The position numbers and the translations under genes were made by a program. The notes beneath the pieces are model-generated. The model searched no databases. It was not told the DNA's origin and saw nothing but the letters and a program-made list of their open reading frames with translations. Below, in pieces: positions 54,556-64,000 of a stretch of 64,000 bases of DNA. The stretch is from positions 18,724,001-18,788,000 of the forward strand of contig NC_043007.1 of NCBI RefSeq assembly GCF_006345805.1, given 5' to 3'. Source of the DNA: Octopus sinensis. Taxonomy: Eukaryota. How positions within the stretch are numbered: position 1 is the stretch's first letter; each line of letters starts with the position of its first letter.

Positions 54556-55012
54556 CACACACTTACATACCAGAACTAAGGAATGGAGTAGATAAAATCC
54601 GGGCTATTCTTCTATTCTTGTATTCTTATTCGCAGACCCGTCGACCCTGGTCGCCTACCGTGAAATGTAAAAAGAACTTTCTTTAGTTTATCGTACTTCG
54701 ATACGAAAACATTCGCAACCTTCCGTCTCAATAAACCACTATTGTCCCTGAAAGTTGTTTTTTATATTTATTACGGATTGCTTGAAGCTAAGTTCTTCCT
54801 ACACCTCGATCCTTGGATCTTATACACACACACACACACACACACACACATCAGCCGAAATTGCGAAGATGATCCGGTTCTTGACTGAAGATTGAAGGCT
54901 TCGAATGTCCCGTCCGTGTTTTTTGTATCGTCTTCTAAATGTTTTGCGTTCCTGTCCCAGTTTGTATTTTTTTACATATATATATATATAGCGGCGTCCG
55001 TACCCTTTTTGG

Positions 55013-55044
<32 letters not shown>

Positions 55045-55604
55045 ACATACACGTATACACACACGTACGACTGGCGTCTTTTCGTTTCCGTCTCACAAAT
55101 CCACGTATAAGATTTCGGCCTGCTCGGGAGCATAATAGAAAGCACTTGCTCAAGATGCCAAGCAATGAGATTGAACCCAAAACCAGGAGGTTGGGAGGCG
55201 AAGTCCTTAGCCTCACAGCCACGCCTCTCGCCTATTCGTTCGGTTGCCATATCGGATGATATCTAGTTGATTAATGCCTTTCAATCGACGCAGTGAACTC
55301 TCGATGTGGCGGTCGATAAGTTAATAACTTGACTTAATCAGCGGAAGATTTCGGATAAGTGTCAATGAAGTACTTTATTCTCGTGGAATTGGTCTCATGT
55401 TCTGCAAATGTAAAATTACACAGCTGCATCAGATGCAGTAATCCTTCACTTGAAGCGATTGATAGTGAGAACCGGTCTTTTCATATTTTGTAATAGAAAA
55501 AAAAAATCTGACAAGCGTTCGGCACATCTGAATGTGTGTGTTGTGTGGTGTGCGTGTGTGTGTGTGTGTGCATATTGTAAGTATATATATATATATAGTA
55601 TATA

Positions 55605-55643
<39 letters not shown>

Positions 55644-55795
55644 ACACGCACATATGGCCAACAATGCCTCTCTTAATATTTAAGAAATATACAAGCATTC
55701 GGAATACTCTGGTGTACTCACACGCACACACACAACGTTTATACATAAATGATATACATGTATGTATACGTATCTATGTATAATACATGTGTATG

Positions 55796-55850
<55 letters not shown>

Positions 55851-56055
55851 TATATTCTATAGATATATAGAGAGAGAGACACACACATATATACATGTGC
55901 ATGTGTGTGTATGCATATATATAATATAACAAATGCGAAAACTAATTTCTGTGTGTCAATATGTCACACTTAGAACCTCTCTCTCTCACTATTACTCATG
56001 ATAGGGTGAGAATAATAGTAGGCATAGAGACGGTGAGGGCGGTGGCGAAGACAGG

Positions 56056-56092
<37 letters not shown>

Positions 56093-56335
56093 AAAGAAAA
56101 AGAGAGACAAAGAAATTTAGGGAGAGTTGATGTTTTATTAACAGTAGAAGTGTTGATGGTGGCTGTGGGAGTAACAATAAAAGAAAGAGAAAGAGTGGGT
56201 ATGTGAGAGAAAGAGGGAGATGATGTATAACTTTGTTTAGCCATGTCCCTTTGACAGAAATTCCTGTCACCAACATACTGAACATTATCATTTTTGTTTT
56301 ATTGTTTTGCTTTCTTTAATTCATATATATAGACA

Positions 56336-56417
<82 letters not shown>

Positions 56418-56607
56418 GCCGCACGCACGCACGCACGCCCGCACGCACACACACACACACACACCCACCCACAAATACACTTGAATTGAAATAAAGTTTC
56501 CCTAAAATTAGACATATCTAATATAATAAATGTCAGTGTGTCACACTTTTTTCAACTTTTATAAATCCTTTCTTCTGGAAGCACAAATCCTGAAACTTTT
56601 GGGGAAG

Positions 56608-56957
56608 GAATTAAGTCGATTACCTCGACCTCAGTACGTAGCTGGTACTAATTTTACCGACCCCTAAAGAATGAAAGGCAAAGTCGACCTTGGTGGAATT
56701 CGAACAAAAAAACCTAACAGCAAACGAAATACCTATTTCTGTACTACCCACAAGGGGCTAAACACAGAGAGGACAAACAAGGACAGACAAACGGATTAAC
56801 TCGATTATATCGACCCCAGTGGTACTGAAGTATTTCACATCGACCCGAAAGATGAAAGGCAAGTCGACCCGGCGGATTTGAACTCAGGACGTAGACAGAT
56901 GAGATACGGCTACGCATTTCGCCCTGGCGTGCTAACGTTTCTGCCAGCTCGTCGCCT
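56608..56957 (-). mobile_element. SINE family B dimer (diverged)
   Basis: Junction GAAATACCTATTTC at about 56725. Confidence 0.75.
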
Positions 56958-57892
56958 TAATATAATATAATAATATAATATTAGCTGGACCCGTGAAAAA
57001 TTCACGGAAAACATAAAAAAAATTAAACATCTGTAAACAGTGTACTGGTGCCATGAGAAGTGTTTATATTACGACTGTCTTTCTTTACGTTCCGAGTTCA
57101 AATTCTGCCGAGATCGACTTCGCCTTTTGTTCTTTCGAGGTCGATAAGTTAAGTATCAGTTGTGTACTGGAGTCGATCTAATCAACTGGCCCTCTCCCCC
57201 ACAAAAAAAAAAAAAAAAAAATCAGGCGTAGAAATGTATAATGTGACAGTTACAGAATATAGAAAGTACCAATCCAACCAAAATATCTCACTTACACAAA
57301 CGTAAACGGAATTACTATTTAATCTTAAAATACATCGTACATATTCAAAGAAGCTTAATGTACAAATTGAAATGCAAAAGAACGAAATAATAAATGGATT
57401 TATGGATGAAAGTTTGGGTAATTGCATTTACTTCCACCACGCGACACTTATTATTGCAAACATGTTTTAACAAACTAAAACTACACACACACACACCACA
57501 CACACACACACACACATATACATTCATATATATGTCTCGAGTTGTAGCTGTAATTCAAAGGGTCCATTTTTCTGTGTGAGGTTGAATCTCCCTGAGAACT
57601 GAGTTAATGTTACGTATGTCTGTGGAGTACTCAGCCATTTGTGAGTTAATTTTATCCTCGCGTGGTAATGAAAAGTGAAATTCACAGCCAATATTTGCTG
57701 TGTCTATGTATCTATATAAGAACTTTTCTTTGGATTTATGTATCTGCTGTCTCTCTCATTTTCTTTTTTCTCTCTCTGCTACCGAATCTTACACTTATGT
57801 TTCAGTAGCCTGAATAGACCGATGGGATACCTGAGTTTCTTCAGTTCTCTGAGCTCTTTGTTCCTCTATTACCTGAAGAGCACGTGCCTCAC

Positions 57893-58315
57893 GATTATCT
57901 TTTCTACTCTTGGCACAAGGCCCGAAATTTTGGGTGAGGGGTAGCCAATCGATTAGATCGACCCCAGTATGCAACTGGCACTTAATTTAATGACCCGGAA
58001 ATGATGAAAGGCAAAGTTTGAACTCCGAACGTTAAAACAGACGATATAGCGCCAAGTAATTCGCCTAACGTGCTAACGTTTCTTATTTCTTTATTGCCCA
58101 CAAAGGGCTAAACATAGAGGGAACAAACAAGGACAGATAAACGGATTAAGTCGATTACATTGACCCCACTGCGTAACTGGTACTTAATTTATCGACCCCG
58201 AAAGGATGAAAGGCAAAGTCGATCTCGGCGGAATTTGAACTCAGAACTTAGCGGCAGAAGAAATACCGCTAGGCATTTCGCCCGACATGCTAACGTTTCT
58301 GCTAGCTCACCGCCT
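57893..58315 (-). mobile_element. SINE family B heterodimer (second unit with alternative tail)
   Basis: Two family B bodies in tandem with different 3' ends. Confidence 0.7.
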
Positions 58316-58721
58316 TGTGCCTCATTATTATCATGCAAAGCTTTGAAGAAATTTGAGGCAAATGGCGACGACATCTATTCATATATATTTAAATCTACAT
58401 TTAGATTGAACAATATACATACAGCACGTCACGTCTACACAACTGTAGAATAAATTACAAACATCAGAAACGTAACAGAGAATTCAAATAATTAAACTAG
58501 GCTACACATTGCAATGCCCCACTCTTGGATTTAATCTACAACGCAATATCATAGAATATCTTAGATATTCACTCCATAAGGTGAGTCGAACAAAATGCTA
58601 TATGTACACTTAGTTATTTGCCTCAGGACATCTTTCATGTTAATTATGCAAATTAAGTGCCCCCAGCTCGTTCTGTATAAGCCCAAGTATTACGTTTCGC
58701 AGTAGCCAAGACAGGACTATT

Positions 58722-58766
58722 ACTGTGCTGACGACGTCTGTTGAGGCAGAAACATTTGTTAACAGT
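58722..58766 (+). ncRNA. Decayed type-I hammerhead-like motif
   Basis: ACTGTG CTGACGA CGTCT-GTTG-AGGCA GAAAC-ATTT-GT T AACAGT; stems I and II each have one closing mismatch. Confidence 0.45.
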
Positions 58767-59075
58767 TATTTTTCTTTACCCTCAGAAGCCTAAACAAAAT
58801 CAAACAAACAAACTGAACTGTTTTTTTTTAAATGGTATTTTCATTCCGTAGAATTGTTGATTCCTTGAGACAATCTCTGCTTCTGCTTCGGATTTGGATG
58901 CAATTGCCGCTAGGTGTTTGTTTAACTTCTCTAAAAGCAGAGATAATTTCGATAACTCAAGAACTGATCTTGTGTCGTATTTAGCAAACCTTTTCTTAGC
59001 TGTTCATGAAATTCATGCCCCCGGCTAGTCTGAGTTATTTTTCTCGGTTCATTTTCGTTTCGTACACACACACAC

Positions 59076-59109
<34 letters not shown>

Positions 59110-59126
59110 ACACACACACACACACA

Positions 59127-59164
<38 letters not shown>

Positions 59165-59675
59165 ATGCATATAAATGTATGTGTGTCTGTCTCTGTGTGC
59201 GTGTGTGTGTATGTGAGTGTGCGTGTGTATGTATATCACTCGAAACAACAAACTTGTTTATTGGACGGATTTAGTTCGTTGCGGATGCCACTTAGGGAAA
59301 TTGAAATCTAACTTTGCTGAAAATAGTTCCAACCGAGATGGGTTTTAGGCGCAGAAAAAACAAAACACCCACTAAACAGAAACAAATAATAATAATAACA
59401 ATAATAATAATAATGATAATAATAATAATGATAATAATGAAGGTTGCGGAGTCAATTCTTTAGATCGATATAATGAAAATGAATAAACTACTGTATCTAT
59501 TTAAATGATTACTAAAATTGTTTACTGCACCAGCTGTCCAACTTGGATATTACATCAAGGAAATTTCATTAAAATTTCCGTTTCTTTTCCCATTTTTATT
59601 GAATAAAGTGTATCTGTGTTTATATATATGTGTATATATATATTATATACATATATACATTTATATATATATATA

Positions 59676-59736
<61 letters not shown>

Positions 59737-60608
59737 ATATGTATATATATATTGTGTGTGTGTGTGCATATATACTGACACACACAATTATACTCATGTA
59801 TATATATACACATATACTTATATACATACATATATGTATATATATATCTATGTATGTATGAATGTATATATATGTATTTACACGCACATATATATGTATA
59901 CACACATATATATACATAGATATGTATATATATGTATATATATATACACACATATGTATACATATTTGTATATATATATGTATATAAATATATATATGTA
60001 TATATATGTATATATATATGTATATATGTATGTATATATATGTATGTATGTATATATATCTATATATCTATATGTATACACACACACACACACACAATCA
60101 CCCACATATATATATACGCGCACACAGTATTTATGTATATTGCTTAATAAAATTTGATTTTAATATGAAATCCGCCTACTTCAAAGAAGTATGAGATCAA
60201 TAAAGTCATTTCATATAATTCGACGTCATAGTTATTCATAACTACATTGGCTGCATGTGTTTGCACAAATGCGAACATGCAATTTGCATGTCCGTGTATG
60301 TCTGCTCTGGCCTATATGAAGATATGCACCTATTCCCTCCTTCCCGCGCGATATATATATATATAGATATTATATATATATATAATATATGTCTGTAATT
60401 GTTGTATATAGGACTGTAGATTGTTATCTGTGATGTAGAGCTGTTTACATTTGTGTCTGTAGGAGTCTGCAGAGATTCACCCCCCCACATACATACAAAC
60501 ATACATACATACATACATACGTACATACATACATATATACATATAACATACATACATACATGCATACATGATTACATACATACAATACATACATACATAC
60601 ATACATGA

Positions 60609-60639
<31 letters not shown>

Positions 60640-62006
60640 CATACATACATACACACATACATACATACATACATACATGCATGCATACATACATACATAC
60701 ATACATACATCCATCCATCCATACATACATACATACATGCATGCATGCATACATACATACATACATACATGCATACATACATCCATACATACATACATTA
60801 CATACATACATACATACATACATGCATGCATACATACATACACACATCCATCCATCCATCCATATATACATACATACATACATACATACATACATGCATG
60901 CATACATACATACACACATCCATCCATCCATCCATATATACATACATACATACATACACACACAGACTGACAGACAGATACATACACCCACCCATACACG
61001 TCTATATGTAAGTACGTAGGTGTATCAATGCAAGTACTAAAAGAATTAGTATTTGCATGCATGTGGTAGTTTCTGGACATGCATTCACGTAAGCGTAAAA
61101 TGCAGCTGTCTTGAATGCTATTTTATGTTTAAAAGTGCCTTAAGTGGACAAAATAAAATTGTTTTATCATATGCAGGAAGAACGAACCTTTAAGAGGAAA
61201 AAATAAGTAAATGTTTTATGTATTCCGCTGGTACATTTATCAACTATTAAAATTACTTTTGTGTAAGGTCTAAAACTTGCCATACTATTCAAAGACGTAT
61301 CTGTATTTACCGTACCGCGTGCGTGCTCGCTAGAAATTTTGAAAATGCCTACACATTCTATGAAGTACCACTTACAAAGAAGAAAAAAAAATGCTTTCTT
61401 ATATTCTTTTGTGGAGAGTTTTTCTGATCTAATTTTACTTTCGCTGCTTCACCGCCCCCAAAAACGTTTCCTTTAATTTATAATTCATGTTGAATTACTT
61501 TTGTAACCTAATTGAATAAATTATTTTTTTTCCTCCCTCAAAGGAAAGCGTTATTTCAAGAAACGATTTAGAAAAAAAAAGTATGTATTAAGTACATGTA
61601 AATATTCCTTTGAAGACTTGAATTTTATATTAAAGTGTTTCATTGCCATTAAATTATACCTGCAATATTGGTGCTTTCCATAGAACACATACTGACATAC
61701 CTACAACGAACTTGCTTCGATTAGTTTTTTTTGCTTCGTATGCAAAGCAGTCTCTTATTAGTTATCGCTAACGTGTACATACCATTGCTGGTGACACTAA
61801 CGAACACACTTCTCTCACGTTCTATACACGCATATAGTTATCTAGTTCATGAGCGACCCCAATACACGTAGTCACATTTACGTATCTATCGTAAATACCA
61901 ACCTCTAACTTTCTTTCGATGGAGAATTCGACATTTAAGTTATATTCAACAACGCTAATAGAGACAGTTCACATTTTCTCAATAAATAAATAAATAAATA
62001 GATAAA

Positions 62007-62410
62007 TAGGCGCAGGAGTGGCTGTGTAGTAAGTAGCTTGTTTACCAACCACATGGTTCCAGGTTCAGTCCCACTGCGTGGCACCTTGGGCAGGTGTCTT
62101 CTACTATAGCCTTGGGCCGACCAAAGCCTTGTGAGTGGATTTGGTAGACGGAAACTGAAAGAAGCCTGTCGTATATATGTATGCATATATATATATGCGT
62201 GTGTGTTTTTGTGTGTCTGTGTTTGCCCCCTAGCATTGCTGGTGTGTTTATGTCCCCCGTTACTTAGCGGTTCGGCAAAAGAGACCGATAGAATAAGTAC
62301 TGGGCTTACAAAGGAATAAGTCCCGGGGTCGAATTGCTCGATTAAAGGCGGTGCTCCAGCATGGCCGCAGTCAAATGACTGAAACTAGTAAAAGAGTAAA
62401 AAAGAGAGAG
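62007..62410 (+). mobile_element. SINE family A
   Basis: Full-length match. Confidence 0.85.
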
Positions 62411-62419
62411 AGGTAAAAT

Positions 62420-62720
62420 AAAGGGGAACTGGTGTTAGAGCGTCGGATAGAATGCTACGCGGTATTTGGTCTGCCGCAACGTTCTGAGTTCAAATTCCGC
62501 ATAGGTCGACTTTGCCTTTCATCCTTTCGGAGTCGATTAAATAAGTACCAGTTACGCACTGGGTCGATATAATCGACTTAATCCGTTTGTCTGCCCTTGT
62601 TTGTCCTCTCTGTGTTTAACCCCTTGTGGGTAGTAAAGAAATAGGTATTTGGTCTGATCCTCGGTGTTCCAAGTTCAAATCTTACCGAGGTCAACTTTGC
62701 TTTTGCTCCTTTCAGGGTCA
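62420..62720 (+). mobile_element. SINE family B partial dimer
   Basis: Junction AAAGAAATAGGTATTT at about 62640. Confidence 0.8.
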
Positions 62721-63317
62721 GGTAAAAAAAAAGGATTAATACGGTTAGGTGTATTGCTGGAATTGTAAGAAAGACGAGTTGGATGTCTTGTAGTATTTAT
62801 TCCAGATTTTCGCATTTTCAGTGAAAATCCTGCCATGAGCTTCGCCTGCGGTAGATTGAATACCTCACCTAGTTTAACACCAACCCTTGGTCCTTGGTAT
62901 CTGATCGAAGAACGGCCCTGAAACGATCCAATATGGGAAGAACTATGTTGTTGTTTGACCTGCTCGAAATAGCGAAATCTCTCTGAAATTACGCCCTACA
63001 GCATTAGAAAAACAAATAATGAAAATACATAAGATGATGTAGTTCTGGGCATAGACTGTACTTAACAAACCGATGAGATGGTCACGGCTGGAATGTCCTT
63101 GATCATAGGTCTGCTTGATCAATCCTCATTTAGGACTAGGCGACGACAACGCAGAAACTGCAAAACAATTTTCAGCCGGTGTCCTACTTATGATTGTTCC
63201 TTTTAACTCCTTGTTCCATGAATACTTGGTAATTATCGTTTTGTATTTTCACATTTCTTGTGGGAACCTTCGTTAGAAATCTTGACTCTCTCTCTCTCTG
63301 TATATATATATATAATA

Positions 63318-63377
<60 letters not shown>

Positions 63378-63485
63378 ATATATGTATATATATGTATATA
63401 TGTGTATATATATGTATATATATAATTTTTTTCGTAATGAGACAAAAACCAAGGGTGTGTAGTTTTAGAACATTTATAGATAGAA

Positions 63486-63533
63486 GTCTTACAGCTGTTT
63501 CCAGGATATTTATTATATTCCTTCATCGGAGAC
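63486..63533 (-). ncRNA. Type-I hammerhead-like motif (U4C core, palindromic stem III)
   Basis: Reverse complement: GTCT CCGATGA AGGAATAT-AATAA-ATATCCT G GAAACAGCTG TA AGAC; stem I GUCU/AGAC. Confidence 0.55.
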
Positions 63534-63732
63534 GGTGTGAGAGGACGGTTAAGTAATAATTTAGATAAGAGACAAATTAGAGAGTGAGGTGGATGAAAGA
63601 AAATAGATGTGAGATATGTAGAGATATTGTATTTGTAGATCCATATTTTTAGGCAGAATGGTACACATATAAGATTCCAATACCTTGTGAGTAAAATCCA
63701 ATAGTATTTATACATACATACATACATATATA

Positions 63733-63778
<46 letters not shown>

Positions 63779-64000
63779 AAACTTACTTGGAAAGTCGTGT
63801 CTCGCCTTTACCTTCCAACGCGGAGTAGACGAACGGAGGCGGCGAAGAGGGAACTTTCCTTGTGTTGTATGTCTTGAACCCTGTTTTTTTTTTAGTTGTT
63901 TCAAAAAATGTCCGTTTCCATGGTTTCTGCTTTTATGTTTTCGTTTCTCATTGTGTTCGACTTTTTTGTTTTTTATTTTATTGGTGTCCTGTCCCCATAT

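Noticed and set aside
54883-54915. CTGAAGA...TTCGAATGTC hammerhead candidate
   Set aside because: Lacks GAAA and a proper stem I.

Overview
AT-rich, repeat-dominated eukaryotic DNA. The SINE families and very dense microsatellites point to a coleoid cephalopod, most likely Octopus (recognised from memory, not searched). Almost every ORF in the track is a microsatellite or SINE artefact, and I find no intact protein-coding gene. Recognisable coding remnants are all transposon pseudogenes: a Tigger/pogo transposase, two Penelope-like elements (PLEs), three R4/Dong-type RLE retrotransposon 3' ends, and CR1/L2 and RTE fragments. There are about 30 tRNA-derived SINE copies from at least 3 families, plus non-autonomous Helitrons, a Helentron-type element and MITEs. 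The most notable signals are: (1) at least 8 minimal type-I hammerhead-ribozyme-like motifs in PLE-type terminal fragments, with recurring non-canonical cores (extra A after A9, A6U, U4C); (2) head-to-tail SINE multimers with a fixed junction, one dimer framed by a single TSD; (3) an old degenerate tandem array at about 3-29 kb with protein-like conservation and one copy retaining a CCAAT/E-box/TATA/Inr promoter; (4) several templated duplications and inversions; (5) a low-confidence host exon at 43277-43436.
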